Sequence record: DRR723986_4862
DNA: 64,000 nt
Direction: 5' to 3' (one strand)
In this document: one piece after another, positions 1 through 9,859 of the stretch
Numbering within the stretch: the first letter of the stretch is position 1
Layout of the letters: each line of letters begins with the position of its first letter
The notes under the pieces: generated by a model
Told to the model about the DNA's origin: nothing
The model's input: only the letters and a program-made list of their open reading frames with translations
Databases searched by the model: none
Program-made: the position numbers and the translations under genes

Positions 1-1040
1 TCGCAGTGCGGGCAGTAGGCCACACCTTTGCCCCGGTACTGTTGTTCGCCGGGAACATTCATTTCACGCCAGCGGGCACCCGTGGCGAGCATCACCGATT
101 TGCTGCGCAGCGCCATGCCGTCGCCGATATCAACGCGGATAAGGCCTTGCTGGTCGGTGCTGAGGCTGTGGGCACGCTGCCCCTCCATAATATCGACGTC
201 GTAGCTACTGACGTGCGCTTCCAGGTTCGCCGCCAATTTTGGCCCCTCGGTTTTTGACACCGAGACAAAGTTCTCAATTCCGACGGTATCCATCAGCTGG
301 CCGCCAAATCGCTCGGCCAGAATTCCCGTGCGGATGCCTTTGCGCGCCGCATAGATGGCTGCCGATGCACCGGCGGGGCCACCGCCGATAACCAGCATAT
401 CGAAGGCGTCTTTGTCGGCAAGCTGGGCGCGGCGACGTTCTCCGGCATTGCTGTCGACCTTCTGCAAAATATCTTGAAGGCTGATCCTGCCCTGTGAAAA
501 CGGCGCGCCATTTAACAACACCGAGGGCACGGCCATGATGTTGCGCTCGCTGACCTCATCTTGAAAAAGTGCGCCGTCGATCATCTCGTGGCGGATGTTG
601 GGGTTGATGGCCGCCATCATGTTCAGCGCTTGAACGACATCGGGGCAGTTTTGGCAGCTCAGTGAAATATAGGTTTCGAAGTGCAGCTCGCCGTCCAGGT
701 CGCGGATTTGCTCAATCAGCGCCGGGTCAATTTTCATTGGGTGGCCGCCGCTGTGAAGAATGGCCAGCACCAGCGAGGTGAACTCGTGCCCCATAGGTAA
801 ACCGGCAAAGCGAATTTCGGTATCGCCGGCTGCTGGGCGCACGCCCATGGCAGGGCGGCGGACGTCGGAATGGGTATCGCGACGAACGCGAATATCGCTG
901 GAAAGACTATCGATATCTTGAATCAGTGCCTCCAGTTGCAGGGAGGCCTCGCCTTGGCCGGGGTAGGCGACCAGCTCTACCGGCGTTTTCAGGTTTTCCA
1001 AGTAGCTTGCCAGTTGCTGTTTCATTTTCAGGTCTAACAT
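1..1040 (-). CDS. ahpF: alkyl hydroperoxide reductase subunit F (runs off left edge)
   Basis: Manual translation from ATG at 1040: [14 protein letters not shown]...[14 protein letters not shown]...[10 protein letters not shown]...[17 protein letters not shown]...[10 protein letters not shown]; directly downstream of ahpC; absent from the ORF track because it is truncated. Confidence 0.95.
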   Translation of the reverse strand, partial: MLDLKMKQQLASYLENLKTPVELVAYPGQGEASLQLEALIQDIDSLSSDIRVRRDTHSDVRRPAMGVRPAAGDTEIRFAGLPMGHEFTSLVLAILHSGGHPMKIDPALIEQIRDLDGELHFETYISLSCQNCPDVVQALNMMAAINPNIRHEMIDGALFQDEVSERNIMAVPSVLLNGAPFSQGRISLQDILQKVDSNAGERRRAQLADKDAFDMLVIGGGPAGASAAIYAARKGIRTGILAERFGGQLMDTVGIENFVSVSKTEGPKLAANLEAHVSSYDVDIMEGQRAHSLSTDQQGLIRVDIGDGMALRSKSVMLATGARWREMNVPGEQQYRGKGVAYCPHC

Positions 1041-1097
1041 AGTGGCTCCCTGTAGATTGAGTCGGTAAGAGCGGCCCCGTTTGGGGCCGGTGTGGCC

Positions 1098-1667
1098 TTA
1101 AATTTTGCCGACAAGGTCCAGAGACGGTGACAGCGTATCTTCGCCAGGCTGCCAAGCTGCTGGGCAGACTTCGCCGTCGTGTTCGGCGACGTACTGTGCT
1201 GCCTGCACCTTGCGAACCAGCTCTTTGGCTGATCGCCCGATACCCAGGTCATGCAGTTCGGCGACCTTGATTTCTCCCTCGGGGTTAATTACGAAGGTGC
1301 CGCGCAGGGCCAGGCCGTCCTCTTCGATCATTACGCCGAAGTTGCGCGAGATCTTGCCAGTGGGGTCGCCGATCATCGGGAATTGGATTTTGCCGATGGT
1401 GTCGGAGCTGTCGTGCCACGCTTTGTGGGTGAAGTGTGTGTCTGTGGACACGGAGTAAACTTCAACACCCATCTCTTGCAGCTGCGCGTAGTGGTCAGCC
1501 ATATCGCCCAGTTCGGTGGGGCAGACAAAGGTGAAGTCGGCCGGGTAGAACATCACGACCGACCATTTGCCTTTCAGGTCGGCATCGCTAACGTCGATGA
1601 AGTCACCCTGGTGGAAGGCGGTTGCGGTGAAGGGCTGTACTTTGCTGTTAATAATCGTTGGGAACAT
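1098..1667 (-). CDS. ahpC: alkyl hydroperoxide reductase subunit C (2-Cys peroxiredoxin)
   Basis: FYPADFTFVCPTE and GEVCPA motifs; GGAG RBS. Confidence 0.97.
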   Translation of the reverse strand: MFPTIINSKVQPFTATAFHQGDFIDVSDADLKGKWSVVMFYPADFTFVCPTELGDMADHYAQLQEMGVEVYSVSTDTHFTHKAWHDSSDTIGKIQFPMIGDPTGKISRNFGVMIEEDGLALRGTFVINPEGEIKVAELHDLGIGRSAKELVRKVQAAQYVAEHDGEVCPAAWQPGEDTLSPSLDLVGKI

Positions 1668-1743
1668 AGTGCTCTCCTGTATTGTTTGGCGTCGAAAATG
1701 TGAAGACAGGAGTGAGTCTACGCAGGGATTTAGATGCGATCTA

Positions 1744-1780
1744 ATCGATCGTAATAATTATTTCAATAGATAATTCCTAT
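1744..1780. promoter_or_regulatory. OxyR binding site
   Basis: ATCG-N7-TAAT-N7-ATAG-N7-CTAT between divergent ahpC and oxyR, matching the four-ATAG OxyR consensus. Confidence 0.85.
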
Positions 1781-1809
1781 GGTATGCTGCGCTAAAGCAA
1801 GGAGGAGCC

Positions 1810-2724
1810 ATGGTTAAACTTCGCGATTTGCAGTACCTCGATGCAGTGGCGCGCCACCAGCATTTTGGCCGTGCGGCCGAGGCGTGTTTTGTCAGTCAGC
1901 CGACGCTGAGCGGGCAAATTATGAAACTGGAAGAGCAGATCGGTTTGGTGCTGATTGAACGCCACCGTAAGCGAGTGATGCTGACGCCCGCGGGCGAGGC
2001 CTTGATTGGGCGCGCGCGGGCCGTACTGCGCGCTGCTGAAGACTTTGAGGACAGTGCGCGGGCACTGTCGGCACCGCTGTCGGGTGATTTCCACCTGGGC
2101 CTGATCCCCACCGTGGCGCCCTACTTACTGCCCCATATTATGGGGCCACTGGGGCGGGACTTGCCGGAGGTGAATTTTTATCTCCACGAAGACCAGACGC
2201 ATGTTCTGTTGCAGCAGTTGGATAACGGCAAACTCGATGTGGTGATCTTGTCCTGGCTGGACAGCATCGAAAATGTGGAGCGCTACAACCTCTACCGTGA
2301 GCCCTTGGTGTTGGCGGCGCCAAACCATACACCGCTGGCAAAACTGGATCGCGCTGCGCTCTCTGATCTGGATGGTAAGTTAGTGCTTACTTTGGAAGAT
2401 GGTCACTGCCTGCGTGATGAAACCCTAGACTATTGCTTTTCAGCAGGGGCGAAAGAGGACCAACGCTTTCAGGCTACCAGCCTGGAAACCCTGCGCTATA
2501 TGGTCGCCAGTGGCCTGGGTATTACCTTGATGCCGCAGCTCGCTGTACGCCCCGCCGACGAAGATCAGGGGCTGCATTACGTGCCTTTTGGTACGCCGTC
2601 GCCGAGTAGGGAAATCTGCCTGTTGGTCAGGCCAAACTATTCGCGTATGGAGGCGGTGCGGGCGATGGTCGCCAGTATCCGCGGGGCAATGGCGGGGGCG
2701 TTGTCAGAGGCTGAGGGGGTTTAG
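1810..2724 (+). CDS. oxyR: hydrogen peroxide-inducible LysR-family activator
   Basis: LysR HTH (FGRAAEACFVSQPTLS); redox pair EDGHCLRDETLDYC; ATSLETLR. Confidence 0.95.
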   Translation: MVKLRDLQYLDAVARHQHFGRAAEACFVSQPTLSGQIMKLEEQIGLVLIERHRKRVMLTPAGEALIGRARAVLRAAEDFEDSARALSAPLSGDFHLGLIPTVAPYLLPHIMGPLGRDLPEVNFYLHEDQTHVLLQQLDNGKLDVVILSWLDSIENVERYNLYREPLVLAAPNHTPLAKLDRAALSDLDGKLVLTLEDGHCLRDETLDYCFSAGAKEDQRFQATSLETLRYMVASGLGITLMPQLAVRPADEDQGLHYVPFGTPSPSREICLLVRPNYSRMEAVRAMVASIRGAMAGALSEAEGV

Positions 2725-2729
2725 CAGGC

Positions 2730-2758
2730 AAAAAAAGGGGCGCCGCTTGGGGCGCCCT
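2730..2758 (-). terminator. Rho-independent terminator of the DyP gene (convergent with oxyR)
   Basis: GGGCGCC stem followed by a T run on the minus strand. Confidence 0.75.
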
Positions 2759-2789
2759 AATCATACCTAGAGTAGGAGACTTCGTAATC

Positions 2790-3695
2790 TTAGTCAGACG
2801 CCAAATCAGAAAGTTCCGCCGCCGACGGTGCAAACCAGTAACTGCCGCTTAGCGGCGTCGAAAAATCATTCAAGCGATCCACAATGCCATCGTCGGCTTT
2901 GCCAAACATGCTCGCTAAAATGTGGTCATATCGCTCGATCTCGCAGCTAAAAGACAGGAAGTAAAGACCGTGCTGAGAGACTCCGCCATAGGGAACGCTG
3001 CGTCGATATAATTTTTGTGCCACGCCATCGATCTTCACATCGCTGCGACTCACGTGTGAGTCGTCCGGCATGGCATCGCCTTTCAGCTCGACACTGTCGG
3101 GCTTGGTGCGACCGATTACTTTTTCCTGCTCGTGTTGTGGCATTGCGCGAAAGTGCTTCAAATTGTGCTGCCACTGCTGCGAGAGCACAAAGCTACCGCC
3201 GGCGCCGGGTTGGCCCTCGGGGATCAGTGCGACTTTGCGCTGGCCCTCTCCTTTCGGGTTTTCGGTGCCATCGATAAAGCCACTCAGGTCGCGGGAGTCT
3301 TTGTACAGAAAGCCGTTTATCTCAAGGGAAACGGCAGCCACGTCCGCCAGTAATTCGCTGGCTTTCATGGCGGCGTCAAACAATGCGCTGTATTCGTCGC
3401 CATTGAGCCAAAGTAAAATACTGCGCTGTGTGGCGGGGGCGGCGACGGCGCCATGGCCGACCGCGCTGAAGGGTTTTAGCCCGGCGGGTTGAGAGCGGCC
3501 CAGCCGCTGCCAGCAGTCTGCGCCGAAGGCCCAAACGACGTTGAGCTGGCGGCCGTCGAGGTCTTGAAGGGCGCCTATGGCGTTTGCCAACGATGCCTGT
3601 AACGCCGCATCACTGGTGGCGTCTAACAATTCAAATTCGAGAAAGATATGACGATGACTGCCTTCGACAAAAATGCCGGCTTGGGGAAGACTCAT
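2790..3695 (-). CDS. Dyp-type (dye-decolorizing) heme peroxidase
   Basis: RDLSGFIDGTENP, HVSRS and RRSVPYG motifs; start placed at MSLPQAGIF. Confidence 0.9.
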   Translation of the reverse strand: MSLPQAGIFVEGSHRHIFLEFELLDATSDAALQASLANAIGALQDLDGRQLNVVWAFGADCWQRLGRSQPAGLKPFSAVGHGAVAAPATQRSILLWLNGDEYSALFDAAMKASELLADVAAVSLEINGFLYKDSRDLSGFIDGTENPKGEGQRKVALIPEGQPGAGGSFVLSQQWQHNLKHFRAMPQHEQEKVIGRTKPDSVELKGDAMPDDSHVSRSDVKIDGVAQKLYRRSVPYGGVSQHGLYFLSFSCEIERYDHILASMFGKADDGIVDRLNDFSTPLSGSYWFAPSAAELSDLASD

Positions 3696-3838
3696 GCGGT
3701 GTTCTCTTTTGGTGTGCGAAAAGTCATTTTTTAACAGGCCACTGCGGGGCTGGCAATCCCGTTTGCGGCAAAGCTTGTTCACAATAGGTGGCGGAATTAC
3801 ACTGTTTGGCCTTTTCGCGCCCCGCCGAGGATAGAGTA

Positions 3839-5407
3839 TTGGCTACACGTTTTGAGCAAAGGCTGGCTTTTCTTGCCGAGCCTGCGCAGCACAGTCTACT
3901 GAGAGCGATCCGTCGCGGTATCGAAAAGGAAAGCCTGAGAATGGATGGCGACGGCCTGTTATCGCGCAGCGCTCATCCCGAGGCCTTTGGTTCACCGCTC
4001 TGCCATCCGTCAATCACGACGGACTTTTCTGAAGCGCTGCTGGAGTTCATCACGCCGGTGAGCGAGAGCATAGAGGAAACACTGGCTGAGTTAGACAGCA
4101 TTCATCGCTTTGCCAGCGGTAGTCTTGGCGACGAGATGTTGTGGAATGCCAGCATGCCCTGCCGTCTACCCGCCAGCGACGACATTCCCGTTGCACAATA
4201 CGGCAGCAGCCATTCCGCTACGATGAAAACCCGCTACCGCCTTGGTTTGGGCCATCGCTACGGCCGGAAAATGCAAACCATCGCGGGTATCCACTACAAC
4301 TTCTCGCTGCCGCCAGCGCTGTGGGATGCGCTCTTTCAGCTTCAGGGCGGTGAGGGAAAAGCCGACAAGGACTTTATTACCGACAGCTATTTTGCGCTGA
4401 TTCGTAATTTTCGCCGCTACTCCTGGTTGTTGATCTATTTGTTTGGCGCTGCCCCGGCGGTGTCTAAGTGTTTTGTGAATGGCCAGAGCCACAATCTTCA
4501 GGAGTGGGGGGAGCACACGCTGTATGCGCCGTATGCGACCTCGCTGCGAATGGGAGATCTGGGTTACCAGAGCAATGCCCAGAAGAATCTCGATATCTGC
4601 TACAACCACCTCGATTTTTACATCGACACACTGCGCAACGCCATTACCACCTCGCACGCAGATTACGAACGCATTCCCGCCAGTGAGCAGCTGAGCAGTG
4701 GTCTGCTGCAAATCGAAAACGAGTTTTACAGTCCCATTCGGCCCAAGCGGGTGACCGACAGCGGTGAGATTCCACTGGGTGCGTTGCGCCGCGGTGGCGT
4801 GGAATACATCGAGGTTCGCTGCTTGGATGTGAACCCGCTACTGCCTCTGGGTATCGATGCGCAGCAGGTGCGCTTTATCGATGCTTTCCTGCTGTTCTGC
4901 CTGTGCCAAAACAGCGACCTATGTGACGATGACGCCAATGCGGCGATCACCGATAACCTGTTAAAAGTGGTTAACGAGGGGCGCAAGCCCGGCCTGACTT
5001 TGACCGGCGAGGCGGGTGAACAACGTTTATTGGTCGAGTGGGGAGAATCCCTGCTCGATGATATTGACGCGCTTGCCGAGCAGCTTGACCGGGCGCACGG
5101 TAAAACACACTACCGGGAAAGCTGTGCCGCGCAGCGAGCCAAGCTGCGCAACCCTGCGCTAACGCCTTCAGCGCGCATTCTCGATGAAATCCAGCAGCGC
5201 GATGGCAGCTTCTTCCACTTTGCTTTCCGCCAGTCCCAGGAGCACGCAGAGCGCTTTAAGCAGTCACCGCTGCTGCCCTCCGATGTCAGCCGTTTCGCTG
5301 GCCTTAAAGTGGAGTCGCAGGCCCAGCAGGCTGAGATTGAGGCGGAGAATAGTGGCAGTTTCGAGGATTATCTGGCACGTTTCTACCAGCAATATAAAGC
5401 CCTGTGA
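3839..5407 (+). CDS. gshA: glutamate--cysteine ligase
   Basis: RRGIEKESLR, ITTDFSEALLEFITP, LQIENEFYSPIRPK, GVEYIEVR; TTG start at 3839 after GAGG is preferred to 3788. Confidence 0.95.
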   Translation: MATRFEQRLAFLAEPAQHSLLRAIRRGIEKESLRMDGDGLLSRSAHPEAFGSPLCHPSITTDFSEALLEFITPVSESIEETLAELDSIHRFASGSLGDEMLWNASMPCRLPASDDIPVAQYGSSHSATMKTRYRLGLGHRYGRKMQTIAGIHYNFSLPPALWDALFQLQGGEGKADKDFITDSYFALIRNFRRYSWLLIYLFGAAPAVSKCFVNGQSHNLQEWGEHTLYAPYATSLRMGDLGYQSNAQKNLDICYNHLDFYIDTLRNAITTSHADYERIPASEQLSSGLLQIENEFYSPIRPKRVTDSGEIPLGALRRGGVEYIEVRCLDVNPLLPLGIDAQQVRFIDAFLLFCLCQNSDLCDDDANAAITDNLLKVVNEGRKPGLTLTGEAGEQRLLVEWGESLLDDIDALAEQLDRAHGKTHYRESCAAQRAKLRNPALTPSARILDEIQQRDGSFFHFAFRQSQEHAERFKQSPLLPSDVSRFAGLKVESQAQQAEIEAENSGSFEDYLARFYQQYKAL

Positions 5408-6033
5408 ACTTCCTCGCCCACTTCCATATTGCCGACGTCATCCGTCGTCGACGTGGAGAGGCCGATCACGGCCTGCTAGTGGGTGCACTGTTAGGGGATC
5501 ATGTTAAAGGGCCGCTGAAGGGCGAATATCCAAGTCACTGGGAACAGGGGATTCGCCTGCATCGCCGCATTGATGCGCTCACCGATAGCGACCCAGCCAC
5601 GCGTCAGTGCCTGCGCGCTTTCCCCGCCCACTTTCGACGCTACGGCGGCATTGCCCTGGACGTGTGCTACGACCACTTCTTGAGTCGCCATTGGCAGGCC
5701 GACTGGCTGGATACAGCGCCCCAGGCGCTGGCGGCGTTCAGCGAGCAGTGTTACCAACAATTGCAGGCAGACAGTCGGCACTTTCCTCAGGCTGCGCGGC
5801 GCCAGAGCCGTTTTCTGGCCGAATACAATGTTCTGTGCTCGCTGCAAGACTGGCATAATATTGAGCGTACGCTAGCGCGCATCGCCCGCCGTTTGCAGCG
5901 GGACAATCCGCTCAGTGACTGCGGGGCGATCCTGACGCCTATGCAGGGTGAGATCGAAGCCAGTTTTCTGACCTTGTACCCGCGCCTGCTCGCTCAGCTC
6001 AGCGACGAATTTGCCAACGGAGCTACCGCCTGA
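5404..6033 (+). CDS. acpH: acyl carrier protein phosphodiesterase (DUF479)
   Basis: MNFLAH, LLGDHVKG, HRRIDALTD, DVCYDHFL. Confidence 0.85.
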   Translation: MNFLAHFHIADVIRRRRGEADHGLLVGALLGDHVKGPLKGEYPSHWEQGIRLHRRIDALTDSDPATRQCLRAFPAHFRRYGGIALDVCYDHFLSRHWQADWLDTAPQALAAFSEQCYQQLQADSRHFPQAARRQSRFLAEYNVLCSLQDWHNIERTLARIARRLQRDNPLSDCGAILTPMQGEIEASFLTLYPRLLAQLSDEFANGATA

Positions 6034-6080
6034 CTTGCCGAGCGGAACCTGCGGCAGCTAACCACAACAAGGGAATTATC

Positions 6081-6575
6081 ATGGCCATCAGCTCACGCTG
6101 GATTTACTTTTTTATCTTTGCTTGTTGCACCGGTTTACTGGCCTACGCGCTGTATACCCAGTACGTTGATGGCCTGCACCCCTGCCCTCTGTGCATTACC
6201 CAGCGGGCCTTCTTTGTATTCACCGGCGTTGTTGCGGTGATGGCGCTGATCTTCCACCCACAACAACTGGGTCGTTATATTGCCGGCGGTCTTATGTTTG
6301 CCTGCTGTGCCGCGGGCGGCGGTTTTGCCTATCGGCAAATCTGGCTGCAAGGGTTGCCACCGGAACAAGTACCGGCTTGTGGTCCGAGTTTGGAATACAT
6401 GTTTGAGAATCTGCCAATGAGCGAGGCGTTCAGCACACTGCTGATGGGCGATGGCAACTGTGCAGAAGTGGTCTGGACCATGTTCGGCATGAGCATGCCA
6501 ACCTGGTCGTTGATCGCCTTTGTCGGTTTAGCCTTGGCCGCCGTGGCGAGCGCCCTGCCCTGGGTACGCCGTTAA
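6081..6575 (+). CDS. dsbB: disulfide bond formation protein B
   Basis: PCPLCITQR, PACGP and GDGNC motifs; 4 TM segments. Confidence 0.93.
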   Translation: MAISSRWIYFFIFACCTGLLAYALYTQYVDGLHPCPLCITQRAFFVFTGVVAVMALIFHPQQLGRYIAGGLMFACCAAGGGFAYRQIWLQGLPPEQVPACGPSLEYMFENLPMSEAFSTLLMGDGNCAEVVWTMFGMSMPTWSLIAFVGLALAAVASALPWVRR

Positions 6576-6943
6576 TGCTGGCGGGATTTCTCACCTTATT
6601 TGCCTGCCAATTAGCCGGTGAATGGCTGCAGCGGGTATTGGGCTTGCCCTTGCCGGGGCAGGTGCTGGGCATGTTCTTGCTGTTTATCCTGCTGTGTGTG
6701 CGCGGCGCGCTGCGCGATGACGCGGTGCCCGAGGGCTTGAGTCAAGGTAGTCAGCGGTTGATTGAGTTGCTGCCGATGTTGTTGATGGCACCGGCGGCCG
6801 GTGTGTTCTTCCTTGGCGCTGGCTTTGCGGATCAATGGCCGGGTTTTATTGCCGCGGTAAGTGTTGGCACCGTGCTGACGATGATTGCCTGCGGCCTGTT
6901 ATTGAAAATGCTAACGCGCGGCCGGAAGCAAGGCCATGACTGA
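6575..6943 (+). CDS. CidA/LrgA family holin-like protein
   Basis: QLAGE..LPLPGQVLGM; overlaps the LrgB gene. Confidence 0.88.
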   Translation: MLAGFLTLFACQLAGEWLQRVLGLPLPGQVLGMFLLFILLCVRGALRDDAVPEGLSQGSQRLIELLPMLLMAPAAGVFFLGAGFADQWPGFIAAVSVGTVLTMIACGLLLKMLTRGRKQGHD

Positions 6944-7631
6944 GCTGATGCACACCCCGCTGTTTGGGCTGACATTAACCCTGCTGGCCTATCAATGCGC
7001 AATGTGGGCCTACACTCGCAGTGGCAAAATGGCGATGTTGCACCCGACGATTAGCGGGGCCGTATTGATTGCTGTCGCCTTAAAAGCCCTGCAGCTTGAT
7101 TACTTTGCCTACTACCAGGATATTAACTGGCTCAACTTTTTGCTGGGGCCCGCCACGGTTGCATTGGCAGTGCCGCTGTATCGGCAATTACCCCTGCTCC
7201 GCGAGCTTGCTGGCCCCTTATTGGTCACGCTGTTTTTTGGGGCGACGTTTGCGTGCGCCTCGGCGTTGTTGTTAGCGTGGTGGCTCGGGGCGACACAGGA
7301 AACGCTGCTGTCGCTGATGACCAAGTCGATCACCACGCCGATCGCGATTACAGTGACTGAAGAGATTGGCGGTATTACGTCGGTTGCCGTTGGATCAGTG
7401 ATTCTCACCGGGGTGGCGGGTATCACCACAATCAGCTGGTTGTTTGAGCGGCTAAATATCCGTGATGACCGTTTGTGGGGCTTCTGCCTGGGGCTGGCGG
7501 CCCATGCCATTGGTACCTCGCGCGCCTTTGAGCGCAGTCCGGTGGCCGGTGCCTTTGCCAGTTTGGCGCTGTGCCTGACGGGCGCGTTCACGGCCTTGTT
7601 TGTGCCATTGGCAGTGAGCTGGTTCGCCTGA
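6936..7631 (+). CDS. LrgB/CidB family membrane protein
   Basis: LLGPATVALAVPLY, KSITTPIA, AHAIGTSRA. Confidence 0.92.
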   Translation: MTELMHTPLFGLTLTLLAYQCAMWAYTRSGKMAMLHPTISGAVLIAVALKALQLDYFAYYQDINWLNFLLGPATVALAVPLYRQLPLLRELAGPLLVTLFFGATFACASALLLAWWLGATQETLLSLMTKSITTPIAITVTEEIGGITSVAVGSVILTGVAGITTISWLFERLNIRDDRLWGFCLGLAAHAIGTSRAFERSPVAGAFASLALCLTGAFTALFVPLAVSWFA

Positions 7632-7650
7632 GTTTTGGCCGCGGTGAAAC

Positions 7651-9111
7651 TTAGCTGCGCCAGAAGGCGGGGGTGAACAGCACCAACACGGTAATAAATT
7701 CCAAGCGTCCGAGTAGCATTCCCACACTTAAAATCCACTTGCTGGTATCACTCAGGCTGGCGAAGTTGCCAGCTGGCCCGATCAACTCCCCCAGCCCCGG
7801 GCCAACATTCATCAGTGCGGTGCTGGCGCCGGTGAGCGCAGTATCGAAGTCGACGCCACTGAAGCTGAGCAACAAGGTAATCAGCATCAGGCTGATCAGC
7901 ATGACAAATAAATAGGCAACGGATGACAGAAGGATTGCGTCGTCTACCTTGTGGCCATTGTAGCGCCTCGGCACGACCGCGCGGGGGTGCAGGGCCCGCG
8001 AAAGCGATTCCTTCAGGCTAATGGCGAGTAGCTGGAAGCGAAACATTTTCACCCCGCCGCTGGTCGAGCCCGAGCAGCCACCCATAAACGTCGCGAAGAA
8101 AAACAGTGCGGCGGCAAATGGCCCCCAGTGACTGTAGTCACCGCTGGCGAAGCCGGTCGTACTGATTACCGAGATAAGGTTAAAGCTGGACAGTGTCAGG
8201 GCGCGCAGCGGCGCCTGATGATTCACCAGTATTTGGTAGAGGCTGAGGATTAAACAGGCAGCGATGACGATCAATACGAAGCCGCGCAGCTGCTGATCTT
8301 TCCACAATAGCCAGCGCCGTTGTGACAGCGATTGCACATAAAGGGTGAACGGCAGCGCACCGATCATCATAAACACAATCGCCACCCAGTGGCTTCCCAG
8401 GTCGTCGAACTGAGCGAAGGAATTGTCCGAGGTGGAAAAGCCGCCCGTCGATAGCGTGGTCATCGCGTGGTTAATGGCGTGGAAGCTGTCCATTCCGGCC
8501 AGCATATAAGCGCCGGTACACAGCGCGGTGAGTACCAGGTAAAAATAGATGATCCGGCTGATCATCGTCTTGGCGCGCGGCAGCGCTTTGTCGGACCAGT
8601 CAGAGGACTCTGTTTGAAAAAGGCGCATCCCGCCAACGCGTAAGAACGGCAGTATCGCCACGGCCATGGCAATAACGCCGAGGCCGCCTATCCATTGCAA
8701 CATGGAGCGCCACAGCAGGATGTCGGCGGGCAGATTGTCCAGGCCGGTAAGCACCGTTGAACCGGTTGTTGTCAGCCCTGAAGTCGACTCGAAAACGGCA
8801 TCGCTAAGGCTGAACACCGTGTCGGTTAATAGCAGCGGTAAGGCACCAAGCAGGGACATCAGCAGCCAGCTCACGCTGGTAATTAAGAACATATGGCGCG
8901 GCGTGAGCGCGTGAATCTGGTAATTCCAGGTGGCTATGGCGCCAGCCAGTGCCAGGCTTTCGCAGATGAGCAGTACCAGTGTGTAGGCCGCGGCGTTGTC
9001 ACTACTGTAAATCCATGCGGTGGCCAGTGGCAGCATTAGGCTCAGGCCGAAGACGGCGATGGTAAAGCTGCAGACCTTGACGACGGGCATCATCAGGCGC
9101 TGGGGGCTCAT
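7651..9111 (-). CDS. trkH: Trk-type potassium uptake membrane protein
   Basis: FESTSGLTTTG, LSTGGFS, GGCSGSTSGGVK, NVGPGLG, GRLE. Confidence 0.93.
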   Translation of the reverse strand: MSPQRLMMPVVKVCSFTIAVFGLSLMLPLATAWIYSSDNAAAYTLVLLICESLALAGAIATWNYQIHALTPRHMFLITSVSWLLMSLLGALPLLLTDTVFSLSDAVFESTSGLTTTGSTVLTGLDNLPADILLWRSMLQWIGGLGVIAMAVAILPFLRVGGMRLFQTESSDWSDKALPRAKTMISRIIYFYLVLTALCTGAYMLAGMDSFHAINHAMTTLSTGGFSTSDNSFAQFDDLGSHWVAIVFMMIGALPFTLYVQSLSQRRWLLWKDQQLRGFVLIVIAACLILSLYQILVNHQAPLRALTLSSFNLISVISTTGFASGDYSHWGPFAAALFFFATFMGGCSGSTSGGVKMFRFQLLAISLKESLSRALHPRAVVPRRYNGHKVDDAILLSSVAYLFVMLISLMLITLLLSFSGVDFDTALTGASTALMNVGPGLGELIGPAGNFASLSDTSKWILSVGMLLGRLEFITVLVLFTPAFWRS

Positions 9112-9119
9112 GCTGGGTC

Positions 9120-9758
9120 CTACTCTGCGCTGCGTGGTAAGTCGTTATTGCGGCACACGCCCAATTCAGCGGAACCGGCGCCACAGGCAATAATGGATTT
9201 AAATGCCGCATCGAGTTTTATATCGGGCCGCAAGGTAACGCAATCGCCGGGCAGGTGGTATACAAAGCCCGAGGTGGGGTTGGGGCCAGTGGGAACGAAT
9301 ACGCTAAACCAGCCATTGTCGTGGCGACTGGTGACGATGGCGGTGGCCTGGGTGGGAACGTCGCGGCCATAGAGCTGAACGATGGCGACCTCGCCGCGGG
9401 TAAAGGGCGAGTTGCTGTCGTTGCCAAACATCTGCTGAAGGATGTCGCGGATCAGCCGGTAGCCGGGGGCGAAACGTGACAGGTGGCGGTCGATAAAGCC
9501 CTGAGCGAAGCGACCCGCACTGGTGGCGACCAAGGTGCCCACCACGAAGCAGGCGAATAAAATCAGTGCAATAACAACAACATCGATTAGAGCAGGCGGC
9601 GCACCGCTAATTTTCACCAGTGGCTCGGTGAGCGGTGCGATCAAACTTTGCACGGCATTTACCGCCCAGCGCAATGCCAGCAGCAGGATAACAATCGGGG
9701 CGATAACAAGGATGCCGCCAATAAATGACTGGCCGATAAAGTGCTTGAACTTATTCAT
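9120..9758 (-). CDS. DUF502 family membrane protein
   Basis: Two N-terminal TM helices; VFVPTGPNPTSGF motif. Confidence 0.85.
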   Translation of the reverse strand: MNKFKHFIGQSFIGGILVIAPIVILLLALRWAVNAVQSLIAPLTEPLVKISGAPPALIDVVVIALILFACFVVGTLVATSAGRFAQGFIDRHLSRFAPGYRLIRDILQQMFGNDSNSPFTRGEVAIVQLYGRDVPTQATAIVTSRHDNGWFSVFVPTGPNPTSGFVYHLPGDCVTLRPDIKLDAAFKSIIACGAGSAELGVCRNNDLPRSAE

Positions 9759-9859
9759 GATGACTCGCGGATTCCTGCTTGTCGGCGGAGCTAATAGTAA
9801 ACAGTTTGTTCGCGCTCGGCACGACCGCTTGCGAAACTAATGGCAATATTTGCCGTTTT

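Noticed and set aside
2790-3695. DyP as encapsulin cargo
   Set aside because: No adjacent encapsulin gene and no GSLxIGSL-like C-terminal targeting peptide
6575-7631. Holin-like genes as a prophage remnant
   Set aside because: CidA/LrgB is a common housekeeping pair and no phage genes are nearby
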